Assembly: GCA_031409275.1 (NCBI GenBank)
Contig: JANNXA010000009.1
Span: 64,001-128,000, forward strand
Direction of reading: 5' to 3'
Length of the DNA: 64,000 nt
DNA from: Planctomycetota bacterium
GTDB taxonomy: Bacteria > Planctomycetota > B15-G4 > SIAN01
Shown: in pieces, positions 46,884-55,582 of the stretch
Position numbering within the stretch: position 1 is the first letter of the stretch
Layout of the letters: every line of letters begins with the position of its first letter
The notes under the pieces: model-generated
Database searches by the model: none
What the model was told of the DNA's origin: nothing
Seen by the model: only the letters and a program-made list of their open reading frames with translations
Position numbers and translations under genes: made by a program

Positions 46884-48272
46884 ATGAAGATGAAGACGAG
46901 CCTCGGAGCGCTTCTCGTGGCGGTGCCGCTGTTCATGGGGACGGGCGCGCATGCGCAGACCGTCACCATCACGGACCTGCCTCTCCTCCCCGGTGGCACC
47001 TACGCCTCCGCGTATGGCATCGACGACACCGGCAAGATCGTGGGCGTGGCCAACGATTCGAGCTTCGCGTTGCGAACGGTGCAGTGGGTCAACGGCCAGA
47101 TCTCCGTCATTCCGGATCTCGGCGGTGGCTTGGCCGTACCCGAAGACCTCAATGACGCGGGCGAGATTGCAGGGGGACAGGACCTCGGCAAGGGCGGTCA
47201 CTTGGGCATCTATTGGGATTCCCAGAACAACCCGTTCCAGCTTCCAGGCCTCCCGAGCGGCACGTCGAACAGCCAGTGGGCGCACGGAATCAACTCGATC
47301 GGACAAGTCGTTGGAATGGCCCAGGAGGGGGCGCCGAACTTCTGGGGCCACGCGGTCATCTGGCTCGGAAGCTCATTTCAGACGGACCTCGGGTTCATGG
47401 GCGGAGGCACCTATTCGGAAGCGTACGGCATCAACGACTTGGGCGAAGTCGTGGGGGTTGCATCCGTCGCGAACACGAATCAACACGCCTTCCTCTGGAA
47501 GGGCGGACAGTACACGGATCTCAGCACGTGGAGCGGCGGCGGCGCCAGCTCAAAGGCCTACTCGATCAACCGTCACGGCGTGATCGTCGGCTTGAACGCC
47601 AACGTCGCGTCGGTCTTCGAGGACGGCGTCGTGACCGCGCTGAAGATGCCGCGCGGCGTGTCGGCCTACACGCCAGCCATCGACATCAACGACAACGGCG
47701 ACATCATCGCGACCGGCTCCAAGGGCTATCCGATCGACGTCGGCGTCCTCTGGCGCAACCGGACGGCGATCGACCTCGGAACGCTCCCCGGTGGCACGAT
47801 CAGCCGTGCGTATCACCTCAATGCGTCCGGCGAGATCGTCGGCGCGGCGAACACGACGAGCGGCTACTTCCACGCCGTGAAATGGACCGTCACTCCCACG
47901 CCGACCTGGACGGACCTCGGTCATGTGTTGCCGGGAAGCACCGGCGCACCGCTCCTCGTCGGCAGCGGTGACCTCAGCGCCAACTCCACCATCACGGTCA
48001 CCATGAGCAACGGACTGCCCAACGCCCTGATGTTCACGGTGCTCGGGATCAACTCGCTGTATGCGCCGCTGTTCGGTGGCGTGCTCGTCCCTGCGCCCAC
48101 CGTGGTCTTTCCGGCGGTTCAGCTTGATGGCTCCGGCAGCGTGACGATCACGGACACCATGCCGCCCGGCATTCCCTCGGGCAGCGTCTACTTCATCCAG
48201 AACTGGATCCTCGATCCGGTGGGGCCGCGCGGCTTGGCCGCGTCGAACGCGCTCAAGGCAACGACCCCCTGA
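46884..48272 (+). CDS. Secreted HAF-repeat protein with conserved 121-aa C-terminal domain
   Basis: Repeats DLG...S.AYGIN..G.VVG...HAFLW. The CTD runs WTDLG...SNAL. Confidence 0.85.
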   Translation: MKMKTSLGALLVAVPLFMGTGAHAQTVTITDLPLLPGGTYASAYGIDDTGKIVGVANDSSFALRTVQWVNGQISVIPDLGGGLAVPEDLNDAGEIAGGQDLGKGGHLGIYWDSQNNPFQLPGLPSGTSNSQWAHGINSIGQVVGMAQEGAPNFWGHAVIWLGSSFQTDLGFMGGGTYSEAYGINDLGEVVGVASVANTNQHAFLWKGGQYTDLSTWSGGGASSKAYSINRHGVIVGLNANVASVFEDGVVTALKMPRGVSAYTPAIDINDNGDIIATGSKGYPIDVGVLWRNRTAIDLGTLPGGTISRAYHLNASGEIVGAANTTSGYFHAVKWTVTPTPTWTDLGHVLPGSTGAPLLVGSGDLSANSTITVTMSNGLPNALMFTVLGINSLYAPLFGGVLVPAPTVVFPAVQLDGSGSVTITDTMPPGIPSGSVYFIQNWILDPVGPRGLAASNALKATTP

Positions 48273-48304
48273 CCCGATCGGCAGGTTCAGCGTCGCCCCG
48301 CCCC

Positions 48305-49408
48305 CTACCGCTTCACGCCGCAGACGACGTCGTAGGTCCGCAACATGCGGGTCGACACCTTGTCGAAGTCGCGCGGGAGGCGTTCGAGGAACCACTCGGG
48401 CTGCTTGGTGACGATGTGGACGCGGCCACCGCGGCGCAGGCCACCGCGCGCGGCGAGCACGAAGACCTCGGCAATGCGGAAGTGCGAGTAGTAGGGCGGA
48501 TTGAGCAGGGCGAGGTCGAAGTTGCCGACGTCGAGCTGCCCGTCGAAGCAGACGGCGCCCGTGCAACCGGTGATGCCGTTCATCTCGGCGCCGCGCAGCG
48601 CGCACGCGACGGCGCGCGGCATCGAGTCGACGAAGTGGACCTTCACGTCCTTCGAGCGCAGCGCGCACGCGATGCCGACCGTTCCCGAGCCGCAACCGTA
48701 GTCGAGCACGCGCATGCCGTTCTCGAGGTAGTCGCGCTCGAGCCCGTTCTCCTCGGTCCAGCTCAGCGATTCCAGGACCGCGCGCGCGCCGAGGTCGAGC
48801 CGCCGATGGCTGAAGACGGCGGGTCGGCTCACGGCACGCACGAGTCGTTCGCGATCCCGGAAGGCGAACTCGCAGTCGAACGTCTTCACCTTCTTCAACG
48901 GATCGCGCTTGATGCCGATGTAGGCGATCGCGTCGTCGGCCTTGTGGCGCGTGAAGCGGGTGCCAAAGAGCGCTTCCATGCGGCCCGCGACCCAATGGTC
49001 GCGCCGCTCATCCACGCTGGCGATCAGCGTGCCGCCCACGTTCAGCTCGACGTAGGCGTGCTGCAGCATCTCCCATGCGAGCTCCGAGTCGGCGCCGGCG
49101 CGCAACGGCATCAGCGCGGCATCGAAGGGGCCTTTCGGAAAGTCCGCTGCGCAATCGACGGTGAGGTTCGGCGGCGCGGTGCCTTCCCGTCCACCGGCCG
49201 CTTCGCGCGCGGCGTCGGCGAGGAACGCGTCCACGAAGCTGACCACGACCTGCCGCTCGGGCGACGCGCGCGCCGCCTCGACGGCGAGCTGACCGCGCCC
49301 CGGCGACACGCACCAGACGCGCGCTTGCGGGCCGATCTTGGCTTCGGGCAGGAGGGCGAAGAGCAGGGCTTCGGACGCGCGCGATCGCTCCGGTCCGTCG
49401 CCGCTCAC
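48305..49408 (-). CDS. RsmC/RlmG-like class I SAM methyltransferase
   Basis: Motifs VFSHRRLDLG, LDYGCGSG and NPPY, with a GTGA overlap. Confidence 0.85.
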   Translation of the reverse strand: MSGDGPERSRASEALLFALLPEAKIGPQARVWCVSPGRGQLAVEAARASPERQVVVSFVDAFLADAAREAAGGREGTAPPNLTVDCAADFPKGPFDAALMPLRAGADSELAWEMLQHAYVELNVGGTLIASVDERRDHWVAGRMEALFGTRFTRHKADDAIAYIGIKRDPLKKVKTFDCEFAFRDRERLVRAVSRPAVFSHRRLDLGARAVLESLSWTEENGLERDYLENGMRVLDYGCGSGTVGIACALRSKDVKVHFVDSMPRAVACALRGAEMNGITGCTGAVCFDGQLDVGNFDLALLNPPYYSHFRIAEVFVLAARGGLRRGGRVHIVTKQPEWFLERLPRDFDKVSTRMLRTYDVVCGVKR

Positions 49409-50112
49409 TTCGCCCCTTCTTTCCACAGCGCGATGCCGCCGAGGATCCCGTACTCGTTCGGCACGATCTCGACGCCCGCCGGCAGCTGCCAATCGATCAA
49501 GCGCGCGTTGCCGCCGCCGAGGCACAGCCGCGTCGGCCAGAAGACGCGCAGCATCTGCGCGATGGCGAGCTTCATGCGCTTCTTCCAGCGCCGCTTGCCG
49601 ACGACGTCGAGCGCGTGCTGGCCAAGCTGCTGCTCGTAGGTCTCGCCCTTGCGAAACGCATGGTGGCCGAGTTCGAGGTTCTCGACGAGCTTGCCGTCGA
49701 CGAAGAGGCCCGAGCCGACTCCGGTGCCGAATGTCACGGTCAGCTCGACGCCGATCCCCTTGATCGCGCCGTAGCCCTGCATGTCGGCGTCGTTCAGCAC
49801 CCGCGTCGGTTTCTTCAGCTTCTTCTGCACGGCAGCCTGCAGGTCGAACCCGGCCCACTTGCCGTCGAAGTTGACGGCCGTCAGCACGCGGCCCGCGCGG
49901 ATCACGCCAGGAAAACCGACCGAGACGCGGTCGAAGGCGCCGGCCTGCGCGGCGACCTGACCGATGGTGGTGACCACCGCCGTCGGGCTCGCGGGTCGCG
50001 GCGTGGGGAGCTTGACGCGCTCGGTGAGCGGCTTGCCGCGCGCATCGAGCAGCATCGCCTTGATGTTGCTGCCACCCACATCGATCGACAGCGTGATCGG
50101 CCCCTTGGCCAT
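49405..50112 (-). CDS. ppgK: ROK family polyphosphate glucokinase-like protein
   Basis: Motifs IDVGGSNIK, VGFPG, LNDAD, GTGVGSG, LELGH and LGGGN. Confidence 0.8.
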   Translation of the reverse strand: MAKGPITLSIDVGGSNIKAMLLDARGKPLTERVKLPTPRPASPTAVVTTIGQVAAQAGAFDRVSVGFPGVIRAGRVLTAVNFDGKWAGFDLQAAVQKKLKKPTRVLNDADMQGYGAIKGIGVELTVTFGTGVGSGLFVDGKLVENLELGHHAFRKGETYEQQLGQHALDVVGKRRWKKRMKLAIAQMLRVFWPTRLCLGGGNARLIDWQLPAGVEIVPNEYGILGGIALWKEGAK

Positions 50113-50163
50113 GTTCCTATCCCTCCTCGGCATCTGGACGCAGCGCGGCGCGATGGTAGCGCG

Positions 50164-51801
50164 TCAGCCACCCGACGCAGGGATCGACCGTGTGCCGAGG
50201 TCGACTTCGCTCGAACCGGCGGCCGCGTCATCGGGCGCTGGCTCGAGCGTGGTCGTGAGGAACGGAACGCCGGTCGCGCCTGGCTCCGTGAGCGAGAAAC
50301 GGAGCGCGCGTCCGACGGCGGCCTGCTCGAAACGAAAGCGACCGGCGAAGTCGACCGTCGCCTCGGCCAGCAGCAGCTGCGAGTCGGCGTCGTGCAGTTG
50401 GACGACGCGCACGCCGCGCTCGACCGGCGGCAGATCGGCGAGCGTGCCCTTCACCGCGCGACCGGCCGCGAACTCGAGCGGCTCGACGTGCGGCGCGCCG
50501 GAAGTGCTCGCCGTCGCGGTCGAGGCGGCGAGCGCGAGTGCGTGCACCGTGGCCGCCTGATGCTCGGCGCGCAGCAGCGCCCACAACGGAGTGACGCACG
50601 GCGCCCGCAGCGTGAGCGTGCCATGCGCGTCGCAAACGCCGGCGGCGACGGCTCGCTCGCCCGCCGCGTCGCGAGTGATCAGCTCGACCGCGACGCCAGC
50701 CACTGGAACTCCCGCGCGCGTCAGCTCGAGACGTACGTCGACCTGCGCCGGAAAGCGCAGCTCGAGCGGCGTCACGCGGCCGCCGTCGCTCATGCCAGGC
50801 GCCGCCGGCAGCTCGCCGACGACGGTTCCAAGCGTCCGCTCGACCGCACGCACGACGAGCCGGCCGGGCCATGCGAGCGGCAGCTCGAAGCGGCCCTCGC
50901 CGTCGCTGCGCACCGTCAGCACCGGCAGTTCGCGGACGCTGCTGGCCTGCAGCGCCATCACCAGCGCGCGCGCCGCCGGATCGGCCGGCAGCTCGTCGCT
51001 GACGTGGTAGGCCGGGATCAGCCGCGCGCCGACGACGGGTGCGCCGCTGGCATCGAGGAGGCGACCAGCGACCTTGCCGCCGCGCGCGGCGGGCCGCAGC
51101 AGGACGAGCGTTCCGCTGCGCGCCGATTCGAGGTAGGCCGTCGCGTGGCCGTCGGCGACCGCGAAGAGGAGGTCGCTGTTGCTGTCGATCTGCGGGCGCA
51201 CGAAGGTCGCACGGCCATCGGCACCGCTCACGCCGAGCGTGGCGCCCGACTCGTGGACGATCGCGACCCCCGCCAACGGCGCTCCGGTGCCATCGATCTG
51301 GAACAGGCGCTCATCGCGCCGCGCGCGCAGCAGTCCCAATCGAAACGGCGCGTCGAGACGGGAGATGGTGGTCGTCGCGAGGCCAGGGGGCAGGCACCAC
51401 TCGCTGCCCACCAATTCGACGCGAAGCGGCAGCTCGGGATCCTGGACCGGCAGCTGCAGCGCGAGCGTGAAGTGCTGGCGCGGACGCTCTTCTCGCGCCG
51501 TGAGGTCGAAGGGGCGGGTCGCCCCTTCGCGCGCACGCAGCCGCAGCACGAGCGGCGGACCGATCGCGCTCGCCGCCATGGCCGCCTGCACTTCGAGACG
51601 CAGCGTGGCGCCGGTCGTCGCGCGCGTCGCCGAGTCGGACCCGGGCGTCGCGGCCGTGGGCTGCGCGGCGGCCCGGCGAGCTTCGAGTTCCGCGGCCGCT
51701 TTCCCTGCGACGCTCGAACGCGCCACCGAAACGGCGAGCAGCCCGGCCGCGAGCAAGACGGCCGCCACCACGATCCCGCGCGAATGAGCTTCGTCCGCCA
51801 T
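50164..51801 (-). CDS. Carboxypeptidase-regulatory-like repeat membrane-anchored protein
   Basis: N-terminal TM and repeated G.PV.GA.V...SDGEGRF units. Confidence 0.65.
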   Translation of the reverse strand: MADEAHSRGIVVAAVLLAAGLLAVSVARSSVAGKAAAELEARRAAAQPTAATPGSDSATRATTGATLRLEVQAAMAASAIGPPLVLRLRAREGATRPFDLTAREERPRQHFTLALQLPVQDPELPLRVELVGSEWCLPPGLATTTISRLDAPFRLGLLRARRDERLFQIDGTGAPLAGVAIVHESGATLGVSGADGRATFVRPQIDSNSDLLFAVADGHATAYLESARSGTLVLLRPAARGGKVAGRLLDASGAPVVGARLIPAYHVSDELPADPAARALVMALQASSVRELPVLTVRSDGEGRFELPLAWPGRLVVRAVERTLGTVVGELPAAPGMSDGGRVTPLELRFPAQVDVRLELTRAGVPVAGVAVELITRDAAGERAVAAGVCDAHGTLTLRAPCVTPLWALLRAEHQAATVHALALAASTATASTSGAPHVEPLEFAAGRAVKGTLADLPPVERGVRVVQLHDADSQLLLAEATVDFAGRFRFEQAAVGRALRFSLTEPGATGVPFLTTTLEPAPDDAAAGSSEVDLGTRSIPASGG

Positions 51802-51811
51802 GACCACGAAA

Positions 51812-52618
51812 CTAGCGCGACGCCGCATTCAACAGCTTGCGCGCCGTGAGTTCGGCTGCGAGTCCCCGCGACCAGCGCTCCGGTACGGCGCGCGCCGGAT
51901 GCTCCCATGCCACGATGCGCGCGGGGCCGAGGCGGGCCATCAGCGGCGCGGCCAACGCGGCCTCGACGTCGCGTCCGAGCAGCACGATGCCGCGCGGCGC
52001 GAGTCGCGCGATCGCCTCATCGACGGTCGCGAGTCGTGCCGCATCGAAGCGCGCGACGAAGTCGTTCGCCACTGCCGCCGGCGCACCGCGCGCTCGCAAG
52101 CTGCGCGGCAGGTCGGCCGGCGTCCGGTTGGCGCCATCGTTCGGATCGATGAAGAGGAGCGGACACGGGTTCATCACGGCGAGCTCGGTGAAGCCCTGCT
52201 CGGCGCTGCCGTAGGCGTGGTCAAGGAAGCGGTAGACGCGAACGGACGACGACTCGAACGTGCGCTTCAGCCATGGCCGCAACCCCGTGGGCGCGAGCCC
52301 CGGCAGCGTCAGTTCAGCGCCGGTGGCGCGCAGCGTTGCCGCAAGGCGCGGGAGCTTCGACTCCAGCCGCTTGAGATCGGTGAAAGGAATGCCCGACTGT
52401 GCCATTCCATAGGGGCCAGGGTTGAGCCCGCAGATCAGCAGCGGCTTCTGCCCCAGCGGGTAGCACGCGCGGAAGCGGGCGTGCCATGGCTCGCCGTAGC
52501 CGCCGGGGTGAAAGACCTGCCAACCGGTCGCGGCGGCGATCTCGCGCCCGAGCGGCACGAAGCGCTTTGCGGCGTTCTGCCAGCAGACGCCAAGCGGATC
52601 GACGGGAGGCTCGCTCAT
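51812..52618 (-). CDS. SMUG1-like (family 3) uracil-DNA glycosylase
   Basis: Motifs GLNPGPYGMAQSGIPF, NPCPLLF, NRTPADL and HPAR. Confidence 0.85.
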   Translation of the reverse strand: MSEPPVDPLGVCWQNAAKRFVPLGREIAAATGWQVFHPGGYGEPWHARFRACYPLGQKPLLICGLNPGPYGMAQSGIPFTDLKRLESKLPRLAATLRATGAELTLPGLAPTGLRPWLKRTFESSSVRVYRFLDHAYGSAEQGFTELAVMNPCPLLFIDPNDGANRTPADLPRSLRARGAPAAVANDFVARFDAARLATVDEAIARLAPRGIVLLGRDVEAALAAPLMARLGPARIVAWEHPARAVPERWSRGLAAELTARKLLNAASR

Positions 52619-52631
52619 GAGCGGCAAGCTA

Positions 52632-52809
52632 CCCCGTCTGATTCACGAAACCCCTGCTGCGGCTCGGTCTGCCGGCGCATGACTTCGTCGGAAAACCGCG
52701 TTCCTTCCTCAGCGGGTCAGCCAACCCGCATCGTCGGAACCGCGATTTCCCTCCTCGTCATGCACCGACATCCCGTCGCCTCGCGACGGGGATCGAGAAT
52801 CAAACGGGC
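52632..52809 (+). mobile_element. MITE-like palindromic element, copy 2 (178 bp)
   Basis: Flanked by TA at 52630-31 and 52810-11, with TIRs CCCGTCTGATTC / GAATCAAACGGG. The interior is nearly identical to the reverse complement of 23036-23212. Confidence 0.85.
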
Positions 52810-53004
52810 TAATCTCCGCCGCCGCTTGGAACGACGGTCGTCACGTCCGCGCCCAACGAGGTGGGAACATCCGGGGTGCCGCAGGCGTACGAAACGTCCG
52901 ATCCAGACGATCGCACGGCATCGGTGCGCCGCGAGATCGAGATCGACGAATCACAAGCACCCAAGGACAAGGCGGCGTGCGCCGTCATGCAGATGGAGGT
53001 GGAG

Positions 53005-54117
53005 ATGCGCTGTTGGCTCCTCGTCGCGGGAGCAGTCGTGCTGCTTGGAGGCGGACTCCGGGCACAGGACACCCTCGACAAGATTCAGAAAGAGACGAAC
53101 CTCGTCCTGGCGCGCGGCGCCAAGGCGGGTCCGGACCTCGCCGAGATCGAGCGCCTGCTCGGTCGCGCGCGGGACCTCTCGATCGACCTCAAGGCCGACG
53201 ACGAGGGGTTGCGGGCGAGCTTGCTGGTGCTCGACCTGTCGAGCTTCCTTGCGGAGGAGCGACAGAGCGAGCTCTTCACCGAGGTCTTCGACTCGCTGAT
53301 CGAGAACCACCTGCAGAGCGATGGGCTGGCGCAGGTCGTTCTGATGCGGCTGGCCAACCCTGCTCCCCACCTCGCGAAGGCGGCGGGCGAGTACTTCGAC
53401 TGGATCGCGCGCGATTCGAAGTCGAAGCCGGTGCAGGCGGCGTGCAAGTACACCCGTCTCACCAAGGACGCGGCAGCGGCCGGGAATGTCGCCGACGTGA
53501 AGAAGATGGTGGCGAAGCTCGAGGCGCTGAAGGCGGAGATCGGCAAGGAGCCGGCCGCGTTCGGTCAGACCTACGGGCAGATGCTCGACGAGTTGATCGA
53601 GTCGCTGAAGATCGTCGGGACGCCGGCCCCTGAAATCGAGGGCAAGGACCTCGACGGCGTCGCGTTCAAGCTCTCCGACTATCACGGCAAGGTCGTGCTG
53701 CTCGACTTCTGGGGCTATTGGTGAGGCCCTTGCCGGGGCATGTTCCCGCACGAGCGGTCGCTCGTGGCACGACTGAAGGATGATCCTTTCGCTCTGGTCG
53801 GAGTGAACAGCGACGAGAACTTCGAGGAGCTGAAGAAGAAGGAGTACCTCGAAGAGAAGATCACTTGGCGCAGCTTCCAGAACAGCGCGGCGACGCCGCC
53901 GATCTCGGAGCAGTGGAAGGTGAGTGGCTGGCCCACGCTCTACCTCGTCGACGCCGAAGGCAAGCTGCGCAAGAAGTGGATCGGCAGCCCGAGCGAAGCG
54001 GAGCTCGACGCGGCGATTGATGGCCTCGTGGCCGAAGCCACAGCGGGCAAAGGCAAGGCCGCTCCCGCCAAGCCCGTGAAGAAGGCCGATCCGAAGAAGA
54101 GCGGCGCTCCGAACTGA
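53005..54117 (+). CDS. Secreted TlpA/ResA-like thioredoxin selenoprotein (Sec at residue 240)
   Basis: GKVVLLDFWGYW-TGA-GPCRGMFPHERSLV is in frame. Joining the two track ORFs gives one 370-aa protein with a UGPC active site and GWPT cis-Pro loop. Confidence 0.9.
53749..53766 (+). promoter_or_regulatory. Candidate bacterial SECIS hairpin
   Basis: CACGAGC-GGTC-GCTCGTG. The G-starting loop lies 31 nt after the UGA. Confidence 0.6.
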
Positions 54118-54128
54118 CCTGTCCGATG

Positions 54129-54165
54129 AGGTGGCGGGGATCTTTCTCCCGCCGCATCCGCACAC
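54129..54165. repeat. Copy of the AGGTGGCGGGG repeat family
   Basis: Matches the reverse complement of 37921-37957 with 2 mismatches. Confidence 0.8.
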
Positions 54166-54253
54166 TCGATCCGCGGCCCCGCGTCGAACCCGACGCGGGG
54201 CCGTTTGCGTCCCGGCGAACCGGCATGCTGCAGCCGACCGCGTGCGCCGGTCG

Positions 54254-55525
54254 ATGAGCGCTGCGACCTCCCACGGAGCCGCCGACGCGATGTTCGCCGC
54301 CCACCTCGCCTATCAGCTGACCGATCTGCTCATTGCGACCGCGGCGCTCCTGCCCTGCCTCTGGCTCGCGGGAACGAGCCCCGCTCGCGCCCTCGCGAAG
54401 CGCTTCCCCACGCTGCTCGGCACGCCACCGCGGCGGCTGCTCCTGATCGCCACCGCGCTCTACGTGATGCTGATGGCGATCGCCGTGGTGTCGGGCTACA
54501 CGTTCGGGTTCGCGGCGATCGATCGTCTGCTGAAGGGCCGCCCGAGCTGGCAGCGCGCGCTCAATCTCAGCTCGTTCCTGGTGATCGGCTCGGCGTGGCT
54601 CGGCGGCACGCTTTTGCTGCCGGCCATCGCGCTGTGGACGACGTGGCGCTGCCGCGCCACCACGGCACTCGCGCGCGCGCGACGACGCACCGATCGTGCA
54701 CTTGCGGGCGTCTTCGCCATCGCGATGGCGGCGCTCTTCATCGACGCCTGCTTCCTCGAGCCCAACCGCCTGGTCGTCGAGCGGTCGCGGGTCGAACTCG
54801 CAAGCTGGCCAGCCGAGCGCCCGCCGCTGCGCGTCGTCCTCTTCTCCGATCTGCAGTCGGCCTACCTTGGTGCGCGTGAGCGAAGCGTGCCGGAGATCGT
54901 GGCGTCGCTGAAGCCCGACCTCATCGTGATCGCCGGTGACCTGGTGGCGCAGAGCTTCGATGAGTCGACCGCGCTCGAGCAGGCCCGCTACGTGCTCTCG
55001 AGGCTGCACGCGCCGCTCGGGGTCTACGTCGTGAACGGCGACGTCGATGACGTGGTGAGCGGCGGCATCGAACGGATCGTCGAGGGAATGCCCGTCACGC
55101 TGCTCGACAACGAATCGATCGTGCTGCCCTGCGAGCCGCCGATCGAACTCCTGGGAATCGACCCTCGCCGTCTGGCGCGGATGGGAGCGCTGCTCGATGC
55201 GCCGGCCCGCGCGCCGCTGCGGCTCGGGCTCGTCCATCGTCCGCGCCACTGGGAGCAGCTGTCGGCGGCCGGGTGCGAGCTCGTCATGGCGGGCCACACG
55301 CACGGCGGTCAGGTCGTCGTCCCCGGCTACGGTCCGCCGATCACGTTCGAAACGGTCCCGCGCTTCGTTGCGGCCGGCGGGTTGCACACGATGAGCCCCA
55401 CGACGCAGCTCTACGTCACGCGCGGGATCGGCCGCGAAGGCGGCTTCGCCCCGCAGATCCGTCTGCTGTGCCCGCCCGAGATCACGCTGCTCGAAATCGG
55501 CGGCCCCGAGCCAGCGACGCCCTGA
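54254..55525 (+). CDS. Membrane-anchored metallophosphoesterase (YkuE/YaeI-like)
   Basis: N-terminal TMs, SDLQ, AGDLV, NGDVD, AGHTHGGQ and RGIG...PPEI. Confidence 0.82.
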   Translation: MSAATSHGAADAMFAAHLAYQLTDLLIATAALLPCLWLAGTSPARALAKRFPTLLGTPPRRLLLIATALYVMLMAIAVVSGYTFGFAAIDRLLKGRPSWQRALNLSSFLVIGSAWLGGTLLLPAIALWTTWRCRATTALARARRRTDRALAGVFAIAMAALFIDACFLEPNRLVVERSRVELASWPAERPPLRVVLFSDLQSAYLGARERSVPEIVASLKPDLIVIAGDLVAQSFDESTALEQARYVLSRLHAPLGVYVVNGDVDDVVSGGIERIVEGMPVTLLDNESIVLPCEPPIELLGIDPRRLARMGALLDAPARAPLRLGLVHRPRHWEQLSAAGCELVMAGHTHGGQVVVPGYGPPITFETVPRFVAAGGLHTMSPTTQLYVTRGIGREGGFAPQIRLLCPPEITLLEIGGPEPATP

Positions 55526-55543
55526 CGGCGAGCGCCTCGTGGA

Positions 55544-55569
55544 AGGTGGCGGGGAGAACCCCGCCACCT
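55544..55569. repeat. Perfect hairpin of the AGGTGGCGGGG family between convergent genes
   Basis: AGGTGGCGGGG-agaa-CCCCGCCACCT. Confidence 0.8.
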
Positions 55570-55582
55570 GTTACGCCACCTG

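Noticed and set aside
1467..52618. nrdJ, rtcB, alkD and SMUG1 as one repair or defence island
   Set aside because: They are scattered over 50 kb in unrelated operons, with no integrase or island boundaries.
23356..53724. Genome-wide UGA reassignment
   Set aside because: Many genes end properly at TGA, often with ATGA/GTGA overlaps. Readthrough is indicated only at CxxC positions.
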